Origin: Botryllus schlosseri
Lineage: Eukaryota
Assembly (NCBI GenBank): GCA_051294905.1
Contig: CM119372.1
Span: forward strand, 9,488,001-9,552,000
Length of the DNA stretch: 64,000 nt
Direction of reading: 5' to 3'
Below, in pieces: positions 49,401 to 62,677 of this stretch. Made by a program: the position numbers and the translations under genes. Numbering within the stretch: position 1 is the stretch's first letter; each line of letters opens with the position of its first letter. Below the pieces are notes generated by a model. The model did not search any database, was not told where the DNA came from, and was given only the letters and a program-made list of their open reading frames with translations.

Positions 49401-50039
49401 ATGTACCTGTTATGCCGTCACAAAGAACATAATGCCTGTTATCCATCACATTAAAGATACTCCGGTATTGTTTCGACCATACCGATTTCATTGCACTTCT
49501 TGACAATGTTATGAGATGGTCATGACTTCGGAAATATGTTATTTCCAGCAACGTTCGTAGCTTTGTGCTACGTCTCGTAAGCTGCGACACGGCCAATCAA
49601 GGTTTCAAGGCTTTCTCAGTGGAAAATAGTATCAAAACTATAATTCTCGTTAGTAAATTAACTTTCAGTTGCGAGGAGCGTATAATTTCAGTACTCGAAA
49701 AATCGTCTTTTACTACTCCACTCGAATCATTAAAATTAATACTCGATTCAGATTCGAGTGCTGGAATCATTGTGCCAAGCTTAATCAACTGTGACGTTGA
49801 AGATTGGGGACGTCATGGTGACACAAAGTCGAATTTCACTAATAAGTCCCGTCCCTGTGTTAAAAACAAATGTGACATGATAACGCCCGAACTAATCAAG
49901 CCATGTATAGCCGGACTTCGAGGTGTCGCGGTGGGATCAGTACATGCCCCGTCATGACTATCACAAATCCAATTTTTACTCAGTATACCCAGCAGTTCAA
50001 ATTTCGGTTTTTGTGCTCCAGTAACGGTGATATCGTTAT

Positions 50040-52639
50040 CAGACATGGGGTGATTACTTCACGAATGTAATCGATTGCGATTACGATTACTTGTGAATCC
50101 CGCGATTACGATTACGATTACTTGTGAATCCCGCGATTACGATTACGATTACAGCAAAATCTGGAAGTAGTCGATTACGATTACGATTACATTTCAAAAG
50201 TAATCACGATTACTCACGATTACATTTGTTTTGCTTCTTGGAACTAATTTCAGAAGAGATATTGGAAGACAATATAAGGCTTGCGATGAAAAGGTCTAAT
50301 GAGATAACTACTTTCTTTATAAATCTTACGTCATTTGCTTGTTACGTCATAATGCACCCATATCCCAACTCTACGCAGGACTATTCGTCGCACCCAGCGA
50401 TTTGCATTCTTGCCAGGTCCGTAATTGCCACACCTCAAACTTCCCAATAGGACCGCGAGCGAGCTCTAAGGGGACTCAAAAGTATTTCGTAAATCAACAT
50501 AAATTATTATAGTGTATTTTCAAGAGAGTTAATTACCTTGAAAATTTTCTTCAAGCTTCGGGATTTAATGTCTCTAAATAGCTTGATTTTGAAATGCTTA
50601 CCTCTCCCCCTCAAGAAAAAAAGCAAGCATAATTTATAGGAATAGGCATTTCGGTGGCGGTTATTGCTCCGCCACGACACACCAAAAGACGTATGCAATT
50701 TCGGCCAACATGCAACTCCACAAAGTGTGCTACCAAAGAATGACCTTCGTGCCAAAACTTTTGGTATGTGTCCGTTGTCAGTAGCCGCGCTCTGTGGGCG
50801 TAACGAATAGTCCGTTCCTTCCAATCTGAGCCCCAATAATGCAAGTGCCACCCGGGGTACTCACAGAGGAATGAAGACATGACAATTTGTGTGTGCGTCT
50901 CACGAAACTTTTTTTTTAGTCTGCTACGTTTGGGCGACTACAGTATCTTTTGATTATATAAAAAACCGGAGGTCACGAATCAACAACATACAATAAAGTA
51001 ATTATAACAACATACCAGATGCTATAATTATGAATTACGTGCCCCCAGCTCTACCGGTAAATCTGAATGAATAGCAACATATTGTAATTACCTATATTAT
51101 TGACGAAATTCAGTCATCAACTTGAAAACTGACCACCCCATGGGGCCCCAATATCCAGGATTGTAATGACTCGAGTCGCGATGTTTTGGTGACTAGAATT
51201 GACTCGAGTCATTTTTTCAAATGCGTAAATTGACTCGACTCGAGTCAATTTTTGTATTGACTCGACTTGTACTAGAGTCATTTTGCATGACTCGAACCAA
51301 GTCATATGACTCGAGACTAGAACGGCCAAGACAGACATTCCACGTAACTTCGAAGAATAGTAAAGTTACCACATTATTTGTATTTCGTCTATCAGTCCTG
51401 ATACTTGGAAATAGGGCCGTAAACTGTGAAAACTGATGAAAATTACTATATTATGTATACGAGCCATTCTATATCACTCTAGCAGAGTTGAAAAAGGTGG
51501 TTCAACCGGATTGATCTGAAAACTGATCTGTGCACATAACGACTTGGCATCGTATGCCAATCAAACACTATGACTCGGACTCGTCCATATACTAGCTGAC
51601 TTGGACTCGGACTTGACTCGGGGTTGAATTGGAAATGACTCGACTTGACTCGAGTCAAAACTATAAAAGTGCGATTGACTTGTGACTCGGAACATTGTGA
51701 CTTTGTTACAACCCTACCAATACCAACGTTGGGAGTGGGAGACGAATTGCTGTTTTGGTCCTGATTGTGCCTACAATTTACGCTAACATGGTGTATAAGC
51801 GGATGGCCATGGCGACAGGTATAAATCTCGAGTGAAGAACAATGAAACAACGATTGGCGCCCGTTTCAAGTAGAGTCATATGAGAATAAGATAAAGTGAA
51901 CTTAAAATTCTACTTTACACTTAATACAGATACTGAAAGCTGCCGTTATGAGAAACCGCAAAGAACGGGTCGGTTACGATATATATCAGCAGCTGTTGAT
52001 TTTAACCATCGTAATGTTTTATTTGAGTACAAAATTTCAAACCTTTGTCCGGTGTACGTACAATACGTACGTATACTACATAGATACTTAGGCCTATACT
52101 GCTCGCCAAGCAGCAACTGTCAAACTGCGTTTAACTAAGCATAACGAAACATCAATACATAAGTTACTATTTGAAACTAGGCAGAGTGGTGATTATTATC
52201 TTGCTGCGAGGTAGTCGCGTCTGGAGTGTATTGATAACCTGATATACAGTATGGCTTACACTGTTCTAACAATAACACAACGATTACCATCGAATATATA
52301 TTTACTACGTGTGGATACTTCTGACGCAAAAACGAGCAAAGCTAATACTTCTGACGTAATAATGAGCAGTGGCGTTTGAAAATCAGCCGTTTGCGCTATC
52401 AATAACCTGGTATAATATCTCTTCCTTGTTCACGAATGTTCGGTAATGTCATATTCATTGTACAAATAAAAAGTAATCGTTCTTTCACAAAGAAATCGAT
52501 TATATATGTGAAGTAGTCGATTACGATTACGATTACTTTGGATTTTTTTCGAATGTAATCGATTGCGATTACGATTACTTGAAAATGCTGTAATCGTCGT
52601 AATCGATTACGATTACTAATCGCGATTACCCCATGTCTG
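50040..52639. mobile_element. 2.6-kb non-autonomous hAT-like element with (GATTAC)n subterminal arrays, containing a nested MITE
   Basis: TIRs CAGACATGGGGT / ACCCCATGTCTG; perfect TSD ATCGTTAT (50032-50039, 52640-52647); CGATTA arrays at 50065-50225 and 52495-52630. Confidence 0.88.
51156..51716. mobile_element. GACTCGAGTC-rich MITE nested in the 50040-52639 element
   Basis: Ends CAGGATTGTAA / TTACAACCCTA; TSD CCAATATC / CCAATACC. Confidence 0.85.
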
Positions 52640-52874
52640 ATCGTTATTAATTCGTGCTTTAAGTAAAGAGTTAAATCGGAATCTCCAAAGTAGTGATGAT
52701 CATAGGGCAAGTTTTTGCAACTTTTGCAACTTTTTCTACAGCTTCGGTTTGGTTTATTAGCAATTTTTATCAGTTCAATACCCCAAAAAATTTGCGATGC
52801 AGTGAAAAGATATTGGAAGGTGTCGAAACGACTTGGAGTAGTCTTTGAAATCAGACACCCACCTTGGTCTAGGC

Positions 52875-54063
52875 CAGGGGTTCTCAAAGGGTGGGCCATG
52901 GCCCACTGGTGGGCCACAGGAGCATTTTGGGTGGGCCACAACGCTATTTAGAAAATTTGTTATGTATAACGCTAAACCAATATTCAAAAATCTTTTCATT
53001 CGACTCTGATGAGACGTAGTGGCACGTATGGAGTCAGCATGTACAAGTAGAAAACGGGAGGGATAACGGCAGATTTTTCCATTGGTTATGACAACCTACG
53101 GCCAACAGTAATTAAAATAATTCGGAGTATATAATAATTGGAAGGTAAATCTGAAATAACCAAGTACTCCGGAAAGGGTCATATATCGTATGCCGTTGAA
53201 AGGGGTGTGCAATAAACTCGGAATGAAGTGTAATTGTTGAATAGATTTACTGTACTTCGGCAAGTCGTATTATTGTAAGATAAAAATAGCCGTAATTGCG
53301 AATTATCAGCAACATCTGGTGAAGGGGTACTGCACGACCGCAACGAATCGTAAACGAAGCGCATTAATCTTTGGAGTCGGTTTAAAATGTGCGGTCTGGA
53401 AACCATCGTATATAATGTAAGAGTCACATGAATTGAGTGTATCATTGGATTGAATATATTCTGACATCGCAACTGCAGTTGGTTTGGTGCAAGACATAGG
53501 CTACAATGTACATTGTAGAGCATGCATATTAAAAATGCTTTCTCCACTTCTTTGTAGTACCCTATTCATTAATGAATTGTTTGAAGCTTGCCCAGAATGA
53601 TTATATTATTCCCCACAATATAGTGGAACTAAAACCCAATCACACAGTGGATGCGGGGATTTGATCATTGTGTTTCGCGACGGGAATGGAGCAGCGGACG
53701 ATAATATACACAGGAGATTTAGCCTATGATCTACCAGGGTCGTAACTGCCGCACCCAAACCCCGAAATTGAGGGAGCTCGAAGGGGCCCAAGATTATTTC
53801 GTTGGTCGTTTGTTGGAGGATAGTTTATCCAACTTGAGAATTTTCGTCGCACTTCGTGCGATTTAATGTCGCGAGAGGTCTAGATTTGAATGTCATCAGC
53901 AGTAAATTCAGAGTAAAATGCGCATATTCTAGAGAAGTAGGCATATCGGCGCCGTCGATTAACACGCATTGAACGGGATTATGACTCTGAGAAAAGAGGT
54001 GGGCCACAGCACATTTTCAAACCGGAAAATAGGCCACGGCCAAGAAATGGCTGAGAACCCCTG
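52875..54063. mobile_element. Non-autonomous hAT (Buster/Charlie-type) element
   Basis: TIRs CAGGGGTTCTCA / TGAGAACCCCTG; perfect TSD GTCTAGGC; TGGGCCA subterminal repeats. Confidence 0.9.
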
Positions 54064-54074
54064 GTCTAGGCGGT

Positions 54075-54570
54075 GTAAAAAGGAGGCATGCACACTGAAT
54101 GAAAAGTAAAAGGAGGTAATATAGAAAACTAAGCGACAAAAATGAGGTGGTATGTCACGGAAGGCGAGATCGGCAGGTAAGGTCGTGGTCAGGTAATCGT
54201 GAGGACGGACTAGTATTCATTTAGTAGAAATTGCTTGTATTTCGACTTGAATGAGGACATGCTCGTCGACTGTCGGATAGCCGGCGGGATACTGTTCCAC
54301 ACGTCAGGTCCGGCATATTTAATAGAGCGATGATCCTTTTGGTCGATCATATGATAATTGGCCGACCTGGACGCGCATGTGTCGTACTTGTGCGCTTTTG
54401 ATTCCGTGGTAAAGAAGTGATTGAAATATTCGGGCAATGACCGCAGTGGAACTGATACATAAATTTGGCGATTTCTAGATTCAGCTTATCCTCTATGTTT
54501 AGGACACTGAATCTCTTCAGCAGCGACTTCTTGGATGGACGACCAGGCCCCTTCGGGGCTCTAGCTATGA
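54075..54570 (-). mobile_element. 5'-truncated CR1/L2-group LINE 3' end (ORF2 C-terminus, frameshifted)
   Basis: LLKRFSVLNIEDKLNLEIAKFMYQFH, then a frameshift, then PEYFNHFF..HKYDT..RSIKYAGPDVWNSIPPAIRQSTSMSSFKSKYKQFLL*. This is the typical C-terminus of CR1/L2/Crack-group ORF2. Confidence 0.8.
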
Positions 54571-55129
54571 CAGCTTCCCAGACACTCAGTAATTATGCAG
54601 TGTGATGTTTGAAGCTTTTTGCAGTAATTCTATATTGCAACTTTTTGCAACATTTTCCTATTTTTCGTACAAATTTTTACAGCAATTATTATCAAATATT
54701 GCGCAAAATGCTTCTATTGTCTTTGATTTGGATTACAAATGGTTATGACCGTTATGTGATCGATTAGCTGCATCCCAGTTCAGCACGACCATGCCCGCAC
54801 TGTATGTAATTGTAAATAGATTGCTTGATTCATTCTTCGTCGTTTAAATTTGAGGTGGTTCCTCGTTTCTGGGACGCCCAGACCATCTCGCTGAAAATTA
54901 TGTTTTCACTGGGTCACCGGTTTCAGGCTATTGAGTTTTTCTGCAATGCCTTGGATCAAATTTATAGACCTAGAGGGTTTGGCGTGTGATATTTCATTTG
55001 TTTGGGGGCGGGGATGGGTGGGGTTGGTTATCGTTATGTTGTTGGGCTGTTTGGAGAAAATTATTACCGCGTTGCGTTATTTTCTTGCTGCGTACCGGCA
55101 AAAATGTAGTTTTTGTGGTCTCGCCAGAC

Positions 55130-55725
55130 CAGGGTTGTAATGACTCGAGTCATGCATCGACTCGAGTCAGACTCGAGTCGCGATTTTCTGATGACTCGAC
55201 TTGACTCGAGTCATTTTCTCAAAATGCTGAAATGACTCGACTCGACTCGAGTCAATCTATGTATTGACTCGACTTGGACTCGAGTCATTGCCAATGACTC
55301 GAACCAAGTCATATGACTCGAGACTCAGACGGTCAAGACCGACATTTCATTGTCATTTCGAAGAACAGTAAAGTAACCAGCCTATTGGGATTTCGTATAT
55401 TGGTACTTGTACTTGAAAATGCGACCCGAAACTGTTAAAAGTGAGGAAAATATATATATTATAAATGCGAACCATTCGATATCACCAAACAGAGTTATAT
55501 AAGTGGGTTTAACAGGACTTTAACTGGAAACTGAACAGTCAACACAATGACTTGGACTCGGACTCGAGTCATAATACCATGACTCGGACTCGAACCTCTG
55601 TTCGATGACTTGGACTCGGACTTGACTCGGTGGTGAATTGAAAATGACTCGACTTGACTCGAGTCAAAACCATAAAAGTGAGATTGACTTGTGACTCGGA
55701 GCTTTGTGACTTGGTTACAACCCTG
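55130..55725. mobile_element. GACTCGAGTC-rich hAT-like MITE, intact copy
   Basis: TIRs CAGGGTTGTAA / TTACAACCCTG; perfect TSD CGCCAGAC. Confidence 0.92.
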
Positions 55726-56611
55726 CGCCAGACTGTCCGTGAGATGGGTAACTACCAAATTTGACATCTATGCAGGAATTTACAGCGAAATGCTGTTATT
55801 TAGGTTTCAAATTGTGGAGTTGGGGATGCGGTAGTTACGGCACTGGATCTATGCATCAAAATAACAGTCGGCACCAGTTTAAAATACCCGAACGACAATG
55901 TATTTAATTCGTTAAAAGAATTTTAGATGTTGAGTTGCGTGTCAAGTCGAGATCATCATTGAGTTCGTGCATATTTTAGAGATGGGCGAAGTATAGTCAT
56001 AAAGTCACTGATTCCACGATAATATGGGTTTGTTTATAATGAAAATGAACAGAAAACACAGGTGTGTTTAAAACAATACCCCCTCTCTCTCTCTCTCTCT
56101 CTGAGCAGGCGTCAGCTTTTATAATCGCATAGCGCACCAACAATGGCCATGGCCGATTGACTACTACATCATAGAATACACAAAAAGTCCTATTATTAAT
56201 ATCAAAGTTTTCCGTATTTTAGGCCGTCATTGGAGAGAAGCGAAAGGGAGTAAGAGACATTATTCCTGCAATGAAAAATAGAAATAAAAGAAATAGAAAG
56301 AAATTCATAACCCAGGGCATCTGCAGCACCGCTATCACTGTACCGTGGCTTGATGCAACCGGCCATCGAGCAAACGAAGGGACGCGGAAAAGATTGTCAG
56401 TGTGACGATAGATTGCCGACATGCATACCCCCGCTGCAGTGTTCAATCATTGTGTTGAATCCTTGAATGTGGTGACGGGCACTGTATACTATGATGCAAT
56501 CCATAAAATACTGCCGTATAGCGATTGTAAAGGCGAGCTTCCGAATTCACGAGAGGTCGCTTGATGACATATAGGCCTCATATGGGATATTATCAAGAAA
56601 AATAATGATTA

Positions 56612-58388
56612 CACTGGACAGCAACAAAATTTCACCATGGTATAGGTGAGAACAATTTTAGGGTAAATCGGGGCGCTAAGCTCGAAAATGGCATTGGTTT
56701 CTGCAGATTGGCTCTATTTTCAAGATATCACCGAATTTGGACATTTTTATTTTTTTATTTTATTCAAACTAGGTTACATTTTAACCCTAACAGCTTATAT
56801 TATATGTTTTTGTAGCTCCGTCTGTACTGAAACCACGAGAATGTGAGAAATGTAAAACACGATTAGATCGGCGGAACGAAACTGTGCTACATAAAGCGAT
56901 TCTTTTCCATATATCGAACACAAAATACCTCATGTATTCGTGCTTTTATAGGTTTCTCCTAATACATTGTATTTGTGACAGTAAGATTCATATGAAGATC
57001 AATGTGCTTGAAGTAAACAACAAATAGCAGCAATTCGTTAATAAGAAACCAAGTAATGCCTGCACCTACAAAAAGACGACAATTTGTAAACACAGACCGC
57101 ATAAACAAGCAAGCAATAGTTTTGTTTACCTATGAGTATTCAAATCTTCTTATAGAAATAAATCAATATCAGAATGTACATTAGTGAAGTTCTTAGATGC
57201 AACTCCTGTTATTTTATGCTTATCCTTGATCCAAGAATGGTGGTGAACATCACCTCCACGTTATCCCCACAGTTTCTTTTTTGTCATCTCAACACAAGTC
57301 AAAACTTTCGTTGTTTAGCTGATCTCGGGTAAAAGGCGCTGGTTCACTCTGTTTTCGTAATAAAAAGTTGAGGAGTCGGTGTTAATGGATTTTCTACAGC
57401 ATATAGGCTACTATTGCCATCTACATCTACCACTACATCCTATATCGTGGCATCTTTCGAAATCAGATCTGGCAGGGACGTATATAAAGCTGCAACTGGA
57501 ATTTCAGAGGAGTGGGTAATTGGTTGTAAAGTAGAGTGCTATGACTTCATCTTTTTGTTCCAACCTTTCATCTCATTCATGTAGAAATATCAATCATCAT
57601 GGTGGCTCTTTGGCTCGCAAAAAACTACGGGTATTATAAATTGCATCATTTAGACTTTACCTTGAGTACATAAGCGCGAAGTTTCAGCCTAATGCTGGCG
57701 GACCGTTTGCGGTGCGTTTAGCTTGATCTCTCAACGTCATACCAAAGTAAGAGCACTTGGTGACATTACACTTATTGAATCGCTTCTTGTTCAACGTGTT
57801 CTCGTAACATATGTAGCAAAACAAATTTAGGTCATTACGACACTTTCTCCGTCTAGCTATCACTCAATTTTTAACATACCTAATAATACACCCATGAATT
57901 GAAATTGCTGAAAATGATAGCAAGGGACAGTATCTATAATAATAAAAATCATCGGAAAGCGTGTTAAATGTGAGCCCACTAATCATTGGTGGTGAGATAA
58001 GTGTCATGTGACTCTTTCTGTCGTTTAAATGAGGGGGGGGGGTGTTATTTGACGTAATCTGTCGGAAAAATAGTATCTAAACTAAATGACAATTTTCAGG
58101 ATAAAACTTACTATTGCTCTATCAGTGCACTACGACGCACATGTTAGTACTACATGGGAGATGACAAAAACTAATCTAAGCCCATATTCACTTCCTCAAG
58201 CGCGAGCTAACCTACATTACCCACTAACATACTAGGCTTCATGGCATATGTAGGAAGAGGCAATATCTCAAAAAATAGAGCCAATTCGGCAAAAGTAATG
58301 CTATTTTCGGATTCAGCGCCCCTGATATACTCCTACATCAATCTCACATATCATGATTTTTGAATAAATTATTTTTTGTTGCCCTATG
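56612..58388. mobile_element. Long-TIR DNA transposon remnant, possibly Chapaev3/CMC-like
   Basis: Imperfect ~120-bp inverted ends: CACTGGACAGCAACAAAA..GGGGCGCTAAGCTCGAAAATGGCATT..TTGGCTCTATTTT versus AAAATAGAGCCAA..ATGCTATTTTCGGATTCAGCGCCCC..TTTTGTTGCCCTATG, flanked by TTA on both sides. The superfamily call is inference. Confidence 0.5.
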
Positions 58389-58689
58389 TTATTATATTAT
58401 TAATATTGTTCTTGATTTTTTTATTTCTGATTTTTGCCATTTAGCTCCACGGTCCACGGTCACGGAAATGCAAGGTTTCACCTTGTAAAGTGTCATCGTG
58501 TTGATTGGTCGAAACGCAAGCGTGATACCAATTGCTTGATTACAAATGAGCTTACAAAATATTGAAGAAAGAATTTGCATTTCAGAAAGAGTGGTTTTCG
58601 AGTTCGGATCCCAACCTCCCCTGCGTACGCCATTGCGCATGCCGTACCATTGAAACAGTCACAATTCGACTACTGATCGGATTCTAGAG

Positions 58690-58930
58690 CATGTGTCCTT
58701 AAACATAGGGGCATGTGAACCCCGTGAAGGTGCGGAGCACCGAAGCATGGGGTACGAGATGCATTAGTCTTTCGTCCGTGAATTGCGTAATGTGATGAAC
58801 TTTCGGTATCATAAGTTGTTTTGAAACTCCCATGGGAGCCCTATCCTAAGGTTTGGGGGCGGCCTAACAACGGACAGGGGGTTCACGAAAGCTCAAAAGG
58901 CAAAAGCGCTAGAAAGGTTAAGAAACACTG
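58690..58930. mobile_element. Short hAT-type MITE
   Basis: Right end GGTTAAGAAACACTG; TSD TTCTAGAG / ATCTAGAG; GTGAACCCC / GGGGTTCAC subterminal motifs. Confidence 0.6.
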
Positions 58931-59348
58931 ATCTAGAGATAGTGGATCCTGGATAAATGGTGAGTCAAGCCACAATCTCCAGCTAGTAATTGGAAAACTG
59001 CCCAGTCATGTCATGTTCACTTCAGATAAGGTCATGTACTTCTTCTTTCCGTATATTTCCCGAGTTTCCGCTATATTCAGTGTGAAGTCTTGACTCTTCA
59101 GGGTCACTGAAATCCAGGTGGCTGGTCAGTGGTCATGGGTTCGTCGCCCCACTTCTACAATGTGAACTGGTGAACACAAACACTGTGAATAAAGAATAAT
59201 CTGTGATCGAAATTACGAGAATTTCATTTTTTTTATGACTCGCTGCATCACACAGTGGCAGCAATAAAATGTATTCAACAGAATACGATGTTAATTCTTG
59301 TATCGACAAAAATACACTGATGCCAGATGATTTTCCTCGTGATTGGCC

Positions 59349-59732
59349 TGAGTTGCATTTAAAACAAAATCAATTTAAAATGAATATGTTTAAAACAATG
59401 GTCGTTGTTCAAAACATGTTTTTAATTATTTTTTTGAAGTCATGACGTCACGAATATTCAAGTGTGACGCCATAGTGGATTGACATTGCCAATTGAAAAT
59501 ATAGGATAAATATAGCTACTTTGACGAAATATCTACGTACTATATAGCTGCTGAACCGACTATTTTGAGGGTTCCCAACCATACCATATCATGTACGTCG
59601 GCTATAGCTGGTGGTAATCGTCCGTAGCCTCATACGGCATGTTTTTTGGAAAGTATTTACACAATTATGGCATAATTATACAACTTGAAAAAAATGTTTT
59701 TTTTTTTAAGCCTTTATTTAAATGTAACCCTA
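59349..59732 (-). mobile_element. TAGGGTTGCATT-family MITE, reverse orientation
   Basis: Interior is the reverse complement of 36604-37055 (e.g. ATGACGTCACGAATATTCAA, AATTATGGCAT). Confidence 0.75.
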
Positions 59733-60336
59733 TGTATGGCGCTGCCACGTGCTTAGCTCTGAAACCGGATACTAGAGCGAGATTATGAGCGTCCGGTAAT
59801 TAGCATTCAAGGACCGACGCGATGCTTAATCACAGGTTATTCACGTTATGAGTCGATAAATTATGCGTTATCAGCGAAGCGTAAACATCGAAACGAAATA
59901 GTAGCAGTAGCTACGCCGAAGGCTCACCGGCAACGGTACGTAGACCTACACCTACACCCAGCGAGGTAGCGACTCGCCTCCAGGAAATTAGTACGATGCG
60001 GTACGATGAAAGTTATGGTAGTTCGTACCACGAAATATTTTCGTACCGTCCTATAGTAGCGCACTATATAATATCATACCGCACCGGTACGATTACGATG
60101 AAATACACAATTACGTTGACCGATCACATTGACAATGTCGTAGTATCTGGGCGGCGAATGTACATTTACGTTATCATTGCACAATAACTTTCGTCATCAT
60201 CACTGACAAACTTCTCATCGAGTCTGATCAACGTAGTTTTCAGCTTTATTCACATGGAATCGCAAAATTCGAGAGAATATAGGATACACCAGAAAAAGGC
60301 CATCAAAATATATGACTTGAATCAAGCCATCGAGAA

Positions 60337-61179
60337 CAGTGGTTCTCAACCGGCGATCCTAGTCGACGTTTCTGACCGTCCGCAAGTTCGTTGAGTTGTC
60401 CATTATAATTAGAGCAGGGGCTACCAAACTTTTAATGGTCGTGACTCCATAAAATTTCGATTTGAAAATGTCACGCGACCCCACCTCTCAATTTGGCGTG
60501 TTAATTACGTAAAACTGGTCACCACCTTCGCCCAAACCTGCGATTTCTATCTATATCCAATCCAAGTATTGCTACATGAAATTCTGCGTCACGCTGAATA
60601 CAGTCTGTGACTTATTCGATGGCGACTTGCGCGTGTGCCCTGTGTATGTATTATTATACTGTTAGCACATAGCACTACCGATCACTTGTAATTTTGCCTG
60701 AAGGAAAATTACCGTGCTATTGTTTTCTATGCTCCCAACACTTTCATCTCCATACTAATGGCCAGGCACCAACGTTACGCTATAGTAGGCGGCGCTTTAA
60801 AATGACGCTTCGACTGATCTGATACCTTGTTTGCCGGGTTCGCATTCCTCTGAGGTCGTTTTTTTCTTCTAATTTGAAAAAATGAACTGAAATATTCAGA
60901 GATGAGCCGCCGATAGCATCTGCGTAATTGACCTTTTTGTAATTGTAATTGATATTTAATTTTCTTCTCCGCGACCCAAGCGAATAGGCGCCTCATTAGG
61001 GTCGCGACCCCTAGTTTGGGAACCCCTGAATTAGTGAAATCAGATATTTGCGACTATACGTTACATACAGTTGTTGTAATTACATTTTGGCTTAATTTTT
61101 ATTATTTCAGCAGTCCACAAATTTTTATTATTTCAGCAGTCCACAAATATGCGCGAGCTGAAAATGTTGAGAACCACTG
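60337..61179. mobile_element. CAGTGGTTCTCAAC-TIR element with a nested hAT MITE at 60415-61028
   Basis: Outer TIRs CAGTGGTTCTCAAC / GTTGAGAACCACTG (TSD not recognisable). Inner ends CAGGGGCTACCAAACT / AGTTTGGGAACCCCTG with TSD AATTAGAG / AATTAGTG. Confidence 0.75.
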
Positions 61180-62254
61180 GAAATCCTCGAGTCATATGAC
61201 GTTGTCGAGTCGTGCAATCAAGTACAAATAGTGATGCAAGTCTCAATCTCAATGACTCGAGTCATTACAACCCTGGGAATACTAGACAGCGCTAGAGATG
61301 GACCATGATCTGACATGTAGACTTCGCCCATACCAGGGGTCGTCAACCTTTTCGGCCAAAGGGCCACATGAGATTTACGAACCATTGCGCGGGCCACTAG
61401 AATGAACCGATAGAAGCGAATCGGATTAGGTAACGGTAAAATTAGGACTTATATCCCCAAGCACCGAAATCGATAACAATTATCTCATGAAAACTTTATG
61501 TACATGTCCTAGCCGCAGCGAAGCGCGAAATTTTTTCAATGTTTATCAATGAATTCGGTCAATAGTAATGTTAGCTGAATATATTGTGGGTCGCGTCTGT
61601 ATCGCCGGGCTCATTTGACCAGGACATGATTAATTGGCACTTGGACATGGAAATATCAATATCGATATTTCAGTGAACATGCGTGTATTATTTTGTGCAA
61701 AAGTTTCATCGCCGACGATCTTTCTGCGAGTGCAGACGCGAAGTCGCATGTTGGACGATACGTTCTCTGATAATTGCGAATATAGTTAGACTCAATTCCG
61801 TAAATTGGGCGTATTTTGAATTTTTAGTATTCAGGGGAGGAGGCATTACTCGACACAAAAAATCAGGTGTCGATTACATCTGCCGGGAAAATCCAGATAA
61901 CTAACTTTACACATTAAACGGGTTAGCAGCAAATCAGCCCGGGGGCATAAGCTTACACTTTTTGCGTTTGATATGATCCAAGCTGCGTGACATACGTAAT
62001 CTTACAATTATCGCCGAAACGTATTTTAGAAGTCATCGATCTTCTTCACTAGGTAGCACTACGGCATTCCATGTAGCGATTGCCGATAGAGAGGTATGAT
62101 GAGATATTCGAGATATGATGCGGTTTATGCAATACCCAGCGTTAAATGACATGTAATTTCATTCTTGTGCTGGCGTAGCATGCCTTTCTGCAATAGATCA
62201 TAGATACAGATATGGTATAGATGCCGCCGCGAGAAATAAGTCTGAAACTGCATC

Positions 62255-62525
62255 ATGATCTGGAGTCGATTGAGGGCATCACATCAACACCCCTCGTTGA
62301 CGCTACTAGTTAAGTCTGTACTGGGCAATTTGCTGCAAACGATACGGACGCCGAGACGAGCGATCAGCAAACTGGTTCTGTTTCTCGGTTTCGCGTTCTT
62401 GTTCTATGTGAGCGGTACGGGAGGCTTCTATAGGAGACTGCAGTCTAGCACGGACGATTTCAAGTTCACCTCTGTGCGAAGAAGTGCAGCTGAGTTCATT
62501 TGGCCAAACATACGTGAAGATATGG
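62255..62525 (+). CDS. Probable first coding exon of a type II membrane protein (Golgi glycosyl/sulfotransferase-like topology); the rest would lie beyond the window
   Basis: Basic cytosolic tail (..IRTPRRAISK), hydrophobic anchor LVLFLGFAFLFYVSG, a stem region, and donor G|GTCAGT at 62525/62526. No catalytic domain is visible. Confidence 0.45.
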
Positions 62526-62677
62526 GTCAGTAAGCAATAAGCAGGTTATTTCTAGGGCTGGGATATATTGCGAACCCTGAGTGATTCGATTCTGAACTGA
62601 GTATCGCTCATTATGATGTCATGCCAGTAAGGATGACATTTCATGCGATCACGAATAACATTATGAGTGCTCTACAT

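Noticed and set aside
55130..55725. CRISPR-like or regulatory array of GACTCGAGTC palindromes (also the GATTAC and AAGTAG arrays)
   Set aside because: Irregular spacing, no unique spacers, eukaryotic context, and enclosure by TIRs and TSDs identify these as transposon subterminal repeats.
56219..56446. Hydrophobic 75-aa minus-strand ORF
   Set aside because: The hydrophobic part derives from a T-rich tract; no homology or exon chain is evident.
59035..59170. Exon-like minus-strand segment
   Set aside because: All three frames hit stops from the plausible acceptors, and no partner exons were found.
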